DNA from: Octopus vulgaris
Taxonomy: Eukaryota
DNA: 64,000 bases
Reading direction: 5' to 3'
NCBI GenBank assembly: GCA_951406725.2
Contig: OX597834.1
Coordinates: forward strand, 20,584,001 to 20,648,000
The translations under genes were made by a program, and so were the position numbers. Shown one piece after another: positions 12,853 to 26,707 of the stretch. Below the pieces are notes generated by a model, which did not search any database, was not told the origin of the DNA, and saw only the letters and a program-made list of their open reading frames with translations. How positions within the stretch are numbered: position 1 is the first letter of the stretch; every line of letters starts with the position of its first letter.

Positions 12853-13108
12853 ACTATACACCCATGTCCCCATCCACACGTACAGTCTCTACATATATAC
12901 AGACATATATACACATGCAGTCACTCAGACACACTATACACACACGTACAAACAAACACACAGACTACACATACACACACATGAAGATACCAACTTATAT
13001 ACATACATACATAAAGACAAGCATGATATCTGCACACACACTATACTAGTATACACCCTCACATCCATCCATCCATCAATCTACATGCACACATATACAC
13101 TCACTACA

Positions 13109-13158
<50 letters not shown>

Positions 13159-13589
13159 CACACACACACACATATATATATGTAAACATACACATGCAAA
13201 TACATAGACACAACACCCTTACGCTATGTACCCACATATCCATACACAGCTTGTACATATATATATATATATGTACATATATGCACATGCCCCGACAAGC
13301 AGAGAGAGAGCGGGGAATAAGAGGTAATTTATTATGAAGAATGGCACAGAGAACTCAATAAACATAAAGACTCGATTGATTCTGAGACAGAAATGAATAG
13401 GATTATTATCAGGAGAAAGATCCATCAAAGGGAATTGAGTACTAAGAAGAGACGGAGGGGGGAAGGGTTGGACGCGGGGCATACATTAGAGGAAAGGAAG
13501 AGGAGAGAGATGAAAGCAGAGATGGACAAAGAGCAGATAGGACATATGTAATGTGTGCGTGTATATGTGTGTGTGTTTTATGTATGTAC

Positions 13590-13620
<31 letters not shown>

Positions 13621-13679
13621 TATGTGTATGAAGGTGTGTGTGTGTTGTGTTATGTATGTATGTATGTGTTTTCTACTAT

Positions 13680-13962
13680 CTTTTACATGTTTTAGTCATG
13701 AGACAGTGGCCATGCTGGAGCATTGCCTTGAAGAAATTTTAGTCAATCAAATTGGCCGTGGGCTTTTTTTTTATTTTTAAGCCCGGTACTTATTCTATCA
13801 GTCTCTTTTGCTAAACCGCTAAGTTATGGGGTCATAAATACACCAACACTGATTGTCAAGCACCAGTGGAAGACAAACACATGTACACACACACACAAAC
13901 ACAAAGGGCTTTTTCCTGTTTCTGTCTATCAAATCCACTCTCAAGGCTTTTGTCGGCCTGAG
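13680..13962 (-). mobile_element. SINE A, 5'-truncated
   Basis: Reverse complement of the family A body and tail. Confidence 0.8.
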
Positions 13963-14347
13963 GAGCTTATTTTCAAAACCATTATAAGTGCGTGTTGGGT
14001 CGATTTCCTGATAACCATTGAAACACAATCTGCAAGCTGCTGGCTTCACACACACAAAATTTTTGCAGTCAAACTGGGATAGATGCCTCATAGAGACAGT
14101 AGGCAAATCTTTTTATTTTTGCATGTTTATAAGATTTATTGATATGCTAACATGTGTGTCTGTCTGTGTGTCATGTATGCAGAATAATAGACAGGCCGTC
14201 ATGAGAACAAAGTGTATATGTGTATAGGCATGGATATATGCATGTGGGTTAAGTACATATAAGAATAGCAATTAAGGAGACAGTGAAAGAGTCTATAATG
14301 AGAAGTGTAAATGAATGTTCATAGACACAAGAAATGAGAATACCAGT

Positions 14348-14600
14348 TAGTGGTTGGCATTTGGAAGGGCATCCAGCTGTAAAAATTTTATCAAACAGAC
14401 CTCGCCTGATCTTGTGCTATGTAAAAAGCACTCTCTCCACCCTGCTGAGTGGTTGGTGTTCAGAAGGGCATCCAGCTGTAAAGATCCTGGCAAAACAGGC
14501 ACAAAAGTCTTGTTGCAGGCTTCTGCTTGGCCAGCTCCTGTTGAACCATCCAACCCAAACCAGCATGGTAGGCGAACTTTAAACAATGATGATGATGATG
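14348..14600 (+). mobile_element. Degenerate RTE-type tail (family D)
   Basis: Two gaagggcatccagctgtaaa units, ccagcatgg...tttaaacaatgatgatgatg end. Confidence 0.7.
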
Positions 14601-14604
14601 TAAC

Positions 14605-14763
14605 TGAGGACTTCACAGACATGTGTACCCTTAACATTGCTCTCAAGGAAATCCAGCACAACACAGAGTGTGACAAGGCTGGACCCTCTGAAATGCAAAT
14701 GCATTTCCTTTTTGCCAGCTGAGTGGACTGGAGCAATCTGAAATAAAGTGTCTTGCTCAAGGA
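14605..14763 (-). mobile_element. SINE C fragment (tail type 3)
   Basis: agctgagtggactggagcaa..tgaaataaagtgtcttgctcaagga; tail resembles 40835-41145. Confidence 0.75.
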
Positions 14764-14784
14764 ATTAGTTTCAGAAGTGGCACT

Positions 14785-15182
14785 TATGCCTGTGCTAGTA
14801 GGGTGCCAAGAACACCATCCGAGCGTGATCGTTGTGATCGTTGCCAGAGCAGCCAACTGGCTTCCATACCCGTGGCATGTAAAAGGGCACCATTTGAGCG
14901 TGATCGTTACCAACGTCGCTTCACTGGCACCTGTTTCAGTGGCATGTGTATAAAGATTCGAGCGAGGTCATTGCCTGACTGGCCCTCATGCAGGTGGCAT
15001 GTAAAAAGCACCCACTACACTCTCGGAGTGCTTGGCATTAGGAAGGGCATCCAGCTGTAGAAACTCTGCCAGATCAAGACTGGAGCCTGGTGCAGCCATC
15101 TGGTTGCCAGCCCTCAGTCAAAACCGTCCAACCCATGCTAGCATGGAAAACGGACGTTAAACGATGATGATGATGATGATGA
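14785..15182 (+). mobile_element. RTE-type 3' UTR/tail (family D)
   Basis: Internal ggcatgtaaaa repeats; ends ccatgctagcatggaaaacggacgttaaacgatgatgatg. Confidence 0.8.
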
Positions 15183-15584
15183 AGTCCTGTGTCTCAACTA
15201 CATGCTTTTATGCTATGTCCTATTGTATGACATCTTATGCATATATCTTCTGCTAGAGCCACAGGCTGATGAAAGCCTTATGAGTGGATTTAGGAGGAGG
15301 AAACTGAACCAAACCCATATATATCTATATGTGTGTGTATTGTTTACATTTCCACTTGTGGGAACAGTGACACTGTTCTGATTTCCCCTATCAAAAGCTT
15401 TCTGTTTATGGAATAAGATATCCCTTGCTGGAGAAAACAGATCAGGGGTCAGTGACAGGAAATGACACAGAGGTATAAATCAATTCCCTTGAATTTCCTA
15501 TGGGAAAAATTCTTTTGGCTTATGAACATCTCAGGTGACACATAATCTTCAGTAACGAATTAAATTCATAAACCAAGGTTGCAT

Positions 15585-15860
<276 letters not shown>

Positions 15861-16483
15861 GGAAAATAGATAAAAGTGAAAGAGGGGGAGAGTCAGACAG
15901 ACAGACAGACAGGAATCTATAGAGCAAGAGAGCAAGAGAGACAGTAAGATAGACAGAAATATAGAGAGAAGGCTAAAAATTTAAAAAGAAGAAAGAAAAA
16001 CTATTGTAAACAAGCTCTAAAAAAATATGACAAACAACAGGCATGTGATTTAAATAGGGGGCAGGTGTGGAGGTGAGGTTGAGGATAAGAGGATGATGGG
16101 GGGCAAGCAAAATTGGTTGGGTTGATTGAGAGAGCAAATTTTTGAAAATACAATATCGCATCCCTTTGAAAGTAAAAGCCCAAGATTAAACTCTTTCAAC
16201 AATGCATCACCATTTTGCTGACTATAGATCTGCTGCTGCTGCTGTTCTTCTTCTTCTTCTTTTTCTGTCTGTCTTGTGCCTATAGTAGAAAAGATTATTA
16301 TTGTTATTATTATGTTTTTTCCTTCATTCTTCAAATTTTCTTCCGTTTCTCGCCGAGTGTTTTCCGTACACCTAGGGCAGAGAAGCTCATTATATATCAT
16401 ACCCAGATTACACACGCAAATTCACAGATAAAATATGTATTTAAAAATTAATAAATAAATAAATTCATGGATGGATGTTATTT

Positions 16484-16712
16484 TCACAGCAATAGTGCTC
16501 TTCTCAGTACATGAGCCGTTCCAGTTAATACGATTTTTTGCACTTCCTGTAGGGATGGTAAGCCTGGAATCATTTTCAAATAGGTTTCAGTACCTTTTTT
16601 TATCATTCCTAGAGATCCTACAATCACTGGTACTGTAGTCGCCTTGAGATGCCACATTTTTTTCAATTTCTATTAGCAGGTCTTTATATTTACTAATATT
16701 GTCAAATTCTAT
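16484..16712 (-). mobile_element. R4/Dong-type LINE C-terminal relic
   Basis: KMWHLKATTVPVIVGSLGMIKKG...QEVQKIVLTGTAHVLRRAL, the characteristic RLE C-terminus. Confidence 0.85.
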
Positions 16713-16777
16713 TGCCACTATATTGTGATCACAGGGAATACTCATGTCAATTAATAACACATCCTTTTTGTCTGATC

Positions 16778-16813
<36 letters not shown>

Positions 16814-17035
16814 GAGGTGGTGAGCTTAATTGTTACCATGCCAAGCAATATCCTGAGCGGCATTTTGTATATTTTGGGATTCTGTGTTCAAATTCAGCTG
16901 AGGTCAACTTTTCCTTTCAAACATTCAGGATCAATGAAATAAGTACCAGTTAAACACTGGTGTCGATATAATCAACTTTCCCACTTTCTGCCAAAATTTC
17001 AGGCTTGTGCCTATGGAAGAAAGAATTATTATTAC
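16814..17035 (+). mobile_element. SINE B (alternative tail) adjoining (TTA)n
   Basis: ggtggtgagct head, gttcaaattc B-box, aagtaccagtt..actgg hairpin, tail aatttcaggcttgtgcctat. Confidence 0.75.
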
Positions 17036-17049
17036 TATAGCTATATTCT

Positions 17050-17432
17050 TTTATTATTTTATTTGTTTCGGTTGTTTTGACTGCGGCCATGCTGGAGCAC
17101 CACCTTTAGTCAAACAAATTGACTCCAGGATTTATTCTTTATCACCTACTACTTATTCTATTGGTCTCTTTTGCCAAACTGCTAAGTTACGGGGATGTAA
17201 ACACATTGATTGTCAAGTAACAGTGGGGGACAAACGGACATACACACACATATATATATTTATATATATCGCAGGATTCTTTCAGTTTCCGTCTACTAAA
17301 TCCACTCACAAGGCATTGGTTGGTCTGAAGCTATAGTAGAAGACATTTATCCAAGGTGCCATGCAGTGGGACTGAACCCAGAACCATGTGATTGGTAAGC
17401 AAGCTACTTACCACACAGCCACTCCTATGCCT
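17050..17432 (-). mobile_element. SINE A, full length
   Basis: Reverse complement of the complete family A sequence. Confidence 0.9.
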
Positions 17433-18090
17433 ATATATGTTTATATATATTCTGTTTATTTTGTTTTTTTCATTCTTCTCCTTCCTCCACTCCACGTACC
17501 TCTTCGTTATTCCTTCATCTTCTACAACTAAATTCTTTTCATGTAATTCCCAACTGTCTCTTCATTTCCCATTTTAATTAAAAGTCAAAAATGAAAAAAC
17601 AAACACTATGACCTTTTCCAAAAATGAAAATAAAAGTAAAAATAAATACACGGAAACTCTAGACTGGACGGACACTTTGAGACAAGCTCGCTTTTTTGTT
17701 TTTTTCTGTTTTTCTTCATCTCATTCTCTTTTATTCTTCACCCACCCATCATTTCTTCATTAAGCTAATTTTTTTTTTTTCCTTCAGAAACCTGCATGGA
17801 ATCTTGCAGAACTTTTGTTTGTTTTGAAATTTTTTCAGCTTCTTCACTGCTAAATCTTTGTTTGTTTACAAGAGAAATTCTTCCTAATTCCTTTTGATTC
17901 TCTCCTCAGAGAATTTTACCGATTATGAAAGAAACTCTTCCTTTTCTTCTCTTTTGTTTATTCATACATCACTTTTTGATCTTTCTTTTTGGCTTCACCC
18001 CCCACCCCCACCTACTCACTCTCTCTCTCTTTCTCATTATATTTCAATCTCTCATTCTCTGCATCTTTCTCTTCTTTCCCTTTGTATATA

Positions 18091-18126
<36 letters not shown>

Positions 18127-18147
18127 CATATTCATATATATATATAC

Positions 18148-18181
<34 letters not shown>

Positions 18182-18483
18182 GTGCGTGTGTGTGTGTGTG
18201 GATCAAAACAGTTTGAATTCAACTCACACACACACACACACACACACATTTGTGCTGGCCTGTTTGTTTTGATTTTGTTACTGGATCATATCAGTCACAC
18301 TACTAACCTAAATAACAGTAAATTAGATAATTCAGCTTCTTAACCTTGTTGCATATAAATAAACAAATAAATAAATATAGGTTATTGATTATTTAGAAAC
18401 CAGTTTCTAACAGGATGAGAAACAAGGCCAGAAACAGGAACCAAACCATAGATCTATTGTTTCTACTGCTGATTGGTTCTTAA

Positions 18484-18704
18484 CCCTTTTGTTACCATAT
18501 TTATTTTGAGATGCTCTGTGTTTCTTTCAATTAGTTTTAAATATAACAAAGAATTTGATATTTAACTTAGTTACCATTAAGCTGGTGTTAGGAACATAAA
18601 TTGTGACTAAGGTTTGGTGGAAGATTTTAATTTGAAACATATGAAAACAAGATATTTGTACTACAGAGCCAGAGGCGGGTTCAGCCGGGTTGGTATCGAA
18701 AGGG
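18484..18704. mobile_element. piggyBac-type MITE
   Basis: TTAA on both sides (18480-18483, 18705-18708); TIRs cccttttgttacca / tggtatcgaaaggg (12 of 14 match); homologous copies at 54.4-56.1 kb. Confidence 0.9.
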
Positions 18705-18799
18705 TTAAAATATCTATTATAATTTTACAGTGTAAATCTTAACAATTATTATTTTTGGCTTGATTCAGATTTGGTCTTATTCCTGATAGGATTTAAGTG

Positions 18800-18903
18800 G
18801 GGACCGGGTTACTACCTGTGACCTTAAGTATCCGTAAGTTTTCAGTAACCTTTCAAGTGCTTAGAACCTTCCTGATAATCCTTGTTGTTCCTAAGAGACA
18901 AAC
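18800..18903 (-). mobile_element. R4/Dong-type 3' end relic next to (TAA)n
   Basis: Minus-strand translation VCLLGTTRIIRKVLST*. Confidence 0.6.
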
Positions 18904-18909
18904 TTATTA

Positions 18910-18974
<65 letters not shown>

Positions 18975-19200
18975 TGCTTCTTTTGGCCAGGAGGGGCAGG
19001 CAATTTTTATTTGTCTATGGCTGTAGCGAAAGAGGTAGTATGGTGGACCCATTTGAAAGGGCTAAAGACAGACACTTTCCTCTTTGGCCAAGCCCTCATC
19101 AACTTTTTCAAGTTCCACTTGAAAAGGAAGTGTTGCCTTGTAGCAAGTTTGTTGGAAAAATAGCCAGGGTGAAAAGACCAGTTCTGAGCGTGCATCTGTA
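18975..19200 (+). mobile_element. Probable L1/Tx1-like ORF2 C-terminal relic
   Basis: MAVAKEVVWWTHLKGLKTDTFLFGQALINFFKFHLKRK resembles the AKxxIWxxR motif region of Tx1/L1 ORF2 ends. Confidence 0.5.
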
Positions 19201-19409
19201 AAAAGGTGGCAAACTGGCAGAATTGTTAGCATGTCAGGCAAAATGCTCAGTGGCATTTAATTCGTCTTTATTTTCCGAGTTCAAGTTCCACCAAGCTTTG
19301 CTTTCATCCTTTCAGGGTCAATAAATTAAGTACCAGCATTTTGTCAAGTGTGCTAATGGTTCTGCCGGTTCCCTTGCTTAATAATAATAATAATAAGAAG
19401 AAGAAGAAT

Positions 19410-19925
19410 TATGCCGTAAATACCAATATGAAGTAACAGAGAACTGGTATGAGTATGTACCAAGTAAAGTTATGCAGGAGGATGGAAAAGTAACAATACT
19501 CTGGGACTATGATTTTCAGTTGGATTATGTAATCGAACACTATCAGCCGGATATTGTCATATTGAATAAGAGAGACAAATACTGTCAGATCATTGATGTA
19601 GTCATACCAAATGACATGGATGTTGTGAGTAAAGAGGTTGGAAAAATCACCAAGTACTCCAAATTGAAAGTGGAAATGGCAAGACTGTATGGAATGAGAG
19701 AGGGTAATGCAAAAAGTGATACCAGTGGTGATCAGAGCATTGGGTTCAATCCCAATGAAACTTCAAGACTTCTTAAAGGTAACTGGAAATCCAATGCAGA
19801 AAGCAGCCTTATTGGGCACAGCGCACATCTTAAGGAAAGTATTATCTGTCTGAGGTCCTTGTTGTGACTTGACAGATGGCTAAAGACTCTGGTGCATTTT
19901 TACCTACACTGTGTTATGAAGGAGT
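19410..19925 (+). mobile_element. R4/Dong-type LINE 3' portion (RLE domain), frameshifted
   Basis: WYEYVPSKVMQEDGKVTILWDYDFQLDYVIEHYQPDIVILNKRDKYCQIIDVVIPND...KITKYSKL: PD-(D/E)xK restriction-like endonuclease; (TAA)n on both flanks. Confidence 0.9.
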
Positions 19926-19989
19926 AATAATAATAATAATAATGATAATAATATCAATAATAATAATGATAATAATAATAATAATAATA

Positions 19990-20205
19990 ATCCTTTCTAA
20001 TAGAGGTACAAGGCCTGAAATTTGTGGAAGGGGATTAGTCAGTTACATTAACCCCAGTGTTTCACTGGTACTTAATTCATCAACCCTGAAAGGATGAAAG
20101 TCAAAGTCTACATTGCTGGAATTTGAACTCAGCATGGAGCAACAGACGAAATACCATTAAGCATTTTGCCCAGTGTGCTAACGATTCTGCCCGCTCAATG
20201 TCTTA
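19990..20205 (-). mobile_element. SINE B (alternative tail) in (TAA)n
   Basis: Reverse complement of family B head and body. Confidence 0.8.
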
Positions 20206-20230
20206 ATAATCATCATAATAATAATAATAA

Positions 20231-20445
20231 CTGGTACATCACATGTATTGAGAAGAGCATTGTCGATGTGAGAACTATTACTACCCATGTATTTTAATTT
20301 AACTTAAAAAAAAAAGTGAATTAACTATTGAGTTTAGTTTAATGGCCTACCAATGTATACTATGAGTTTCTTTGCCCTAGGAGTCGGGAAGACACTCGGC
20401 AAGAAATGGAAGCAAATTTGAAAGAAGAAAAAAAAAATTTTTTAA
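20231..20445 (+). mobile_element. R4/Dong-type extreme 3' end plus 3' UTR
   Basis: TGTSHVLRRALSM*, homologous to the 16484 ORF end; (TAA)n on both sides. Confidence 0.7.
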
Positions 20446-20461
20446 TAATAATAATAATAAT

Positions 20462-20690
20462 AATGGTTTCAAATTTTGGCATAAGGCCAGCAATGTCAGA
20501 GAGCAAGTTAATAATGCTGACCCCAGTATTCAACTGGTACTTGTTTTACTGAACCCCACCCCACCCCAACCCTGAAAGGATGAATGGCAGATTCAACGTC
20601 AGTGCTATTTGAACTCAGAACGTAATGGCAGACAAAATATCGCTAAGCACTTCACCCAGCATGCTAACCATTCTGTCAGCTTACCGCCTT
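20462..20690 (-). mobile_element. SINE B (alternative tail) in (TAA)n
   Basis: atggtttcaaattttggc tail; tgaaaggatgaa...tttgaactcagaacg...gctaagca body. Confidence 0.75.
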
Positions 20691-20700
20691 CAATAACGAA

Positions 20701-20750
<50 letters not shown>

Positions 20751-21248
20751 TGATGATGATGATTATAGCAACAACGACAACAACAAACTGATGATAAGAA
20801 AGAGAGGAAGAAACTTTGAAAAGCTAATGATTTCATGCAAAAATAAGTACGTGGGAACCCTGTTCAATGTTCAACATTGATCTTGAAATCAATAATCTAT
20901 TAGTATTAAGTAATTGATCATTAAAAATATTAATTAGCAGTAATAATTACAGAATAATTATAAAAAGAAGCGGCAGGGAACAGAAGTGTAGAAGAACATA
21001 ATCTTCCATACAATTATAAAAATATTGAAATCCTTCCTCCTCCCTCCTCAACCCCCCACCAAAAAATCACGATAATTTCAATATATGCGTCTGTTACCAG
21101 ACTTTAGTTCCAATAATGTGATTTTCTTTCAATGTGGTACTCCGATTCCACTCTTTAAACTATTAAAGAACATTAGTTTCTGTATTGATGTTTCTTCCTG
21201 AATATAGAAATCCCACCCTTAATTCACTGCACTTTACTGCCCCTGCAT

Positions 21249-21253
<5 letters not shown>

Positions 21254-21300
<47 letters not shown>

Positions 21301-21470
21301 TTATAATGATAATAACAATAATAATGATAACAATTATAATAAAAACGATAATAACAATAATAATGATAATAATAATAATAAAAACAATAATAATGATAAT
21401 AACAATAATAATGATAATAATAATAATAAAAACAATAATAATAATAATAATAATAAAAACAAAAATAATG

Positions 21471-21510
<40 letters not shown>

Positions 21511-21620
21511 CAATAATAATGATAATAATAATAATAAAAACAATAATAATGATAATAACAATAATAATGATAATAATAATAATAATAATAATAATAACGA
21601 TGATGGTGATGGTGATGATG
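21254..21620. repeat. (TAA)n microsatellite with higher-order variant units
   Basis: Recurrent aaaaacaataataatgataataac variants. Confidence 0.95.
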
Positions 21621-22005
21621 ATAATGGTTTCAAATTTTGTCACAAGTGCAGCCATTTTGAGGGAGGGGATGTGTCGATTACATCAACCCCAGTGTTTCAC
21701 TGGTACCTAATTTATTGAGCCCGAAAGGATGAAAGCCAAAATCAACCTTGGGGGAATTTGAACTCAGAATGTAATATTATAATAATAACAATGATGATGA
21801 TCTTTTCTACAATAGGGACAGGGCCTGAAATTTGAGGGGTGGGGGGATGAGTTAATTATACCCCCCTACCGCTTCCTGACTCTGCAGTTCTCAACTGGTA
21901 CTCATTTTATTGACCTAAGTCAACCTTGGTGGAATTTGAATTCCAGTGGAAGAAATGAGGGTAAGTAGTTTGAATAATAATAATAATAATAATAATAATA
22001 CTAAC

Positions 22006-22377
22006 AACAAGAGCATTCAGAGAGCACAAACCTCTGCCAAGACAACACCAATGTCCTCTCAACGATTAACCAGAGATGGTTTTTAAAATGAGAATATCTG
22101 AAATAAACTCGACTGCTCTCACAAATGAGAATACTAAAAATGAACCCGACCTCTCTCAAAAATTCAGTAAAGAAACAGGAAAAATAATCCAGAGTCCTTG
22201 TCCGGTACTGGATCGATCCCAAAATCTAATCAGTTCATGCCAGTCATGAGGCCAAACATCCCTGAAAGTTTCATCCAAATCCATCCAGCGGTTCTTGAGA
22301 TATCTTGTCTATGGACAAACAAACAAACAAACACAACTGAAACAATACCTCCACCTTCGCTAAGACGGAGGTAATAA
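22006..22377 (-). mobile_element. Helentron-associated non-autonomous element (HINE, DINE-1-like)
   Basis: 5' subTIR with adjacent inverted copy (hairpin tacctccaccttcgctaagacggaggta, 22346-22373), (GTTT)n after it, 3' subTIR acctctgccaag (22030-22041) and a short terminal stem-loop. Confidence 0.75.
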
Positions 22378-23379
22378 CAATGATAATCTTTTCTACTATA
22401 GTTGCAAGGCCTGTAGTTTTGGTGGAGGGGACAATTTGATTACAGGTGCATGGCTCAACCACTAGCAAACTAATCTCCTGGAGCAGGCTGTTCTATTGTC
22501 ATAAACAACAGTCCCAGTTTAAATGAGTGTTTGTATGTGTGTGTATGTTTTTATGGGTGTATGTATGTATTGGTCCTGTGGTTAGGATGTTGGCCTCACA
22601 ATCATAAGTTTGGGGTTTCATTCCTGGGCTGGGCAGCAGCAAAGTCCTTCACTTCACATTGTTCATTTGTCATTTCATCCATTCAACAGTCATAAGCACT
22701 AACCAAGTGCACATGCGGCCCTTTTTTTCTGACCATTGGCATGTTTTCTATGTGTGTGTGTGCATGTGTGTGTGTTCATGTGTGTGTGTGTGCATGTGTG
22801 TGTGTGTATGTGTGTGTGTGTGTGTGCATGTGTGTGTATGTGCATGTGTGTGTGTGTGCATGTGTGTGTGTGCATGTGTGTGTATGTGTGCATGTGTGTG
22901 TGTGTGTGTGCATGTGTGTGTATGTGTGTATGAGTTGGGAGGTGGCTGTTTGTGTCTCCTTCTCTTGAGAAGGAGACACTAATGAGTGCCACTATCACAC
23001 AAGCAATGTCATTCACTTCCAATCATGTGTGTCAAGCAATGGGGAAATATTATCTTACCTGGAAACAGGTAAGGGTTGCCAACAATAAGAGAATCCAGCT
23101 AGAAAAGAAGGGAAAAATAATCTGCCTTAGTGGATTTCATCTGATCCATGCAGGCATGGAAAATTGGATGTGAAAACAACAGCAGTAATGGATGGCGATG
23201 ATGATGATGAATATCTCGCAAATGCTAAAAATGTTCACATAGTGCTTTTATTAAAAGCTGCACAAATGTATATAAAGAGATCCATTTATTTAATCAGCCG
23301 ATCCTAGAAATGGGAGAAACACTCTCACACATAAGCACTTACAAACAAACATACACACATGTATATATTATATATCTTA

Positions 23380-23380
23380 A

Positions 23381-23421
<41 letters not shown>

Positions 23422-23489
23422 TACATATATATCTATATATATATATATATATCATGTATATTTTATACACTCACATACATAATGTATTT

Positions 23490-23530
<41 letters not shown>

Positions 23531-23609
23531 ATTTCATTTATTATATATACATATTTATGTGTATATATATATGTATATATAAATGTATGTATATATAAAT
23601 ATATATATG

Positions 23610-23661
<52 letters not shown>

Positions 23662-23852
23662 ATATCATGTATATTTTATACACACACATACATAATGTAT
23701 TTATCATATATATATATGTGTGCATTTCATTAATTATATATACATATATGTGTATATATATATGTATGTATATATAAATGTATGTATATATATATGTATG
23801 TATATATAAATATATATATGTATATATATACATATATACATATATACATATT

Positions 23853-23889
<37 letters not shown>

Positions 23890-24060
23890 ATACACACTAT
23901 CATATTTATACATATATACAATTTATGATATATACACATATATTTCAGTTATTGTATGTAGAGATATTATATATATGTGTGTATATGCACACACACACAT
24001 GCACACACACACACACATGTGTGTATGTACATATGTATGTTAATGTGTCACTAAAATATA
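23380..24060. repeat. Compound (TA)/(TATG)/(CA) microsatellite with an internal duplication
   Basis: atcatgtatattttatacac...ataatgtatttatc...gtgtgcatttcatt occurs twice (about 23450 and 23664). Confidence 0.9.
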
Positions 24061-25332
24061 TGTATGTATGCATGTTAAATATAACTCAGTTTAACTCTTT
24101 CGTGACCTTATGTCATTGCAAGATTTTGCCACCTGTTTGCTTAATTAATTTACCAAATCGTTATCAAAGAATTTGAAGAGGTTTACAAATGTTTGTAATT
24201 ATAACTTTTATTCATTTATTAACAAAAACCTACACAGGTGCTTGCGTATCAAACTAAACAAAACTCTTTCACATAAACCTGCATTTAAATGAAGCAGGAA
24301 TTCCAAGATATAGAGAATGGGTATGAAATAAGAATGGAATACCTGTACCTGAAACTTTTGTTTTTTTTATCCTCATTTAGTTTTAACATGGAATTAATTG
24401 TCGTTATTAAAAACCAACCAAAAGGAAAAAAAGAAAATGGTGCAGGTTTGGTTGTGTGGGCAGAAATGTTAGCATGCCGGGCAAAATACTTAGCAGCTTT
24501 CTCGCATCAAATTCACTCACAAGTCATTTGTTGAGCATGGGCGGTAGTAGAATACATTTGCCCAAATTGCCATGCAGTGGGACTGAACCAGGCAGTAGCA
24601 AAACAAGGTACTTAACCACAGAGCCATCTCCACACATATTTATACATACATAAATATATACATACATGCCTACATACATAGATATACATATATGTATATA
24701 TCTATCTATATATACATATATATACACACATATATATATATATGTATATATATATATCTGTGTGTGTGTGTATGTGTATATATATGTGTGTGTGAATTAT
24801 ATGTATGTATGTATATATATATAAACCATCCATAAGTATTCAAGCTTAAAAAACATTAAAGTTTAGAACATGTAACCAAGATAACACTTCTCAGTGCTTT
24901 TATTGTGAAAAAAAAAGGCATCTTTTTCTGGTTTCAACCAGATAAGAAGTTACACCAAACTTAGTGTTACCAAAGACAGCATGTCTTCACATATTTCTTC
25001 TATCAAATAGATTTCTTCATCTCGATACTTTCTTCTATAACAATCCTATAACCTACCGTCTTTTGGTATCGGATTCCTTCAGGAATTTTTTTTTTTAATA
25101 TACGTTAATGGATTTATGTTGCAAATAGTTTTATTTTTTATTATTGTTATTATTATTTTTTTTCACTAATATTTATTAGCTATTTTTCCATTCATTTTTT
25201 TCTCTTTTATCATAAAAAATACTTTTACTGTCTCTCTTCTTCGTCTTGTTGTTGTTGTTGTTCTTCTTCTTCTTCTTTTTCTTCTTCTTCTTCTTCTTCT
25301 TCTTCTTATTATTATTATTATTATCATTATTA

Positions 25333-25376
<44 letters not shown>

Positions 25377-25440
25377 TTGGTATCTATCAGCTTTCTTTTT
25401 TCTCTCTTTTATCATAAGGATACTTATACAGTCTCTCAAA

Positions 25441-25492
<52 letters not shown>

Positions 25493-26264
25493 ATTTTAAT
25501 ATTTATTAGCTTTCTTGTTTCCCTCTTTTATCGTAAAGATATTTTTACTGTCTTTCAAATTATCATTGTTGTTGCTATCGTTATTATTAGTAGTAGCAAC
25601 ATCATCATCATCATCATCCTCATCATTATTATTATTGCTATTTTGTTCTGTTTTAATCTCCCCGTTTCTTATTTCCTTTAGACGATACATAAAAAAAAAT
25701 CTGAAAATTGGAGAAAACCCACCTCCAACCAACGAAAGTGCTATGTATTTGGTCTTTCCATTGTAACACTGCTATATCATTTGGTAAATACAGTGTTGCA
25801 TGCTTTAACAAATAAATACACTTTAAACAGAAACCATTTAGTTCTCTACTGTTGAAGCTAGTTATACTCCTACCTACCATTTTTTTATAGTCCACGGAGC
25901 ATCAGTTAGTAAGATATTTAAGATGAAGAAGTATTTAAAAGTAATTATCTCTCAGTCACAAAAGAACCATTCACCACGCCTGAAACAAAACATCTTGTAT
26001 GGCTTTATGTGTCTTTGTGTGGCTGAGTGGTTAGGGTGTTGGGTAAACATTTCATGAGGTTGTGAGTTTGATTCCTGGATGGGATGTTGTGTTGTTTCCT
26101 TGAGCAAGGCATTTCATTTCACATTGTTCCACTCAGCCTTGGAAGAAAATGAGTATCTACTGAGTACTGGTGTTGTCTTTTCCTTCCCTCCAGTTGTCAC
26201 ATCCTTCATGTCCCACTGGGTCATGGGGTCTGATGGCCAAGAGGATGGTCTTTGTCTGCTTATA

Positions 26265-26475
26265 CTCTTTACTCTTTTACTTGTTTCAGTCATTTGACTG
26301 CGGCCATGCTGGAGCACCGCCTTTCATCGAGCAACTCGATCCCGGGACTTATTCTTTGTAAGCCCAGTACTTATTCTATCGGTCTCTTTTTGCTGAACTG
26401 CTAAGTGACAGGGACATAAACACACCAGCATCAGTTGTTAAGCGATGTTGGATGGAACAAACACAAACATACACG

Positions 26476-26538
<63 letters not shown>

Positions 26539-26705
26539 GTACGACAGGCTTCTTTCAGTTTCCGTCTACCAAATTCACTCACAAGGCTTTGGTTGGCCCA
26601 AGGCTATAGTAGAAGACACTTGCCCAAGATGCCATGCAGTGGGACTGAACCCGGAACCATGTGGTTAGTAAGCAAGCTACTTACCACACAACCACTCCAG
26701 CGCCT
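26265..26705 (-). mobile_element. SINE A, full length
   Basis: Reverse complement of the complete family A sequence. Confidence 0.92.
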
Positions 26706-26707
26706 AT

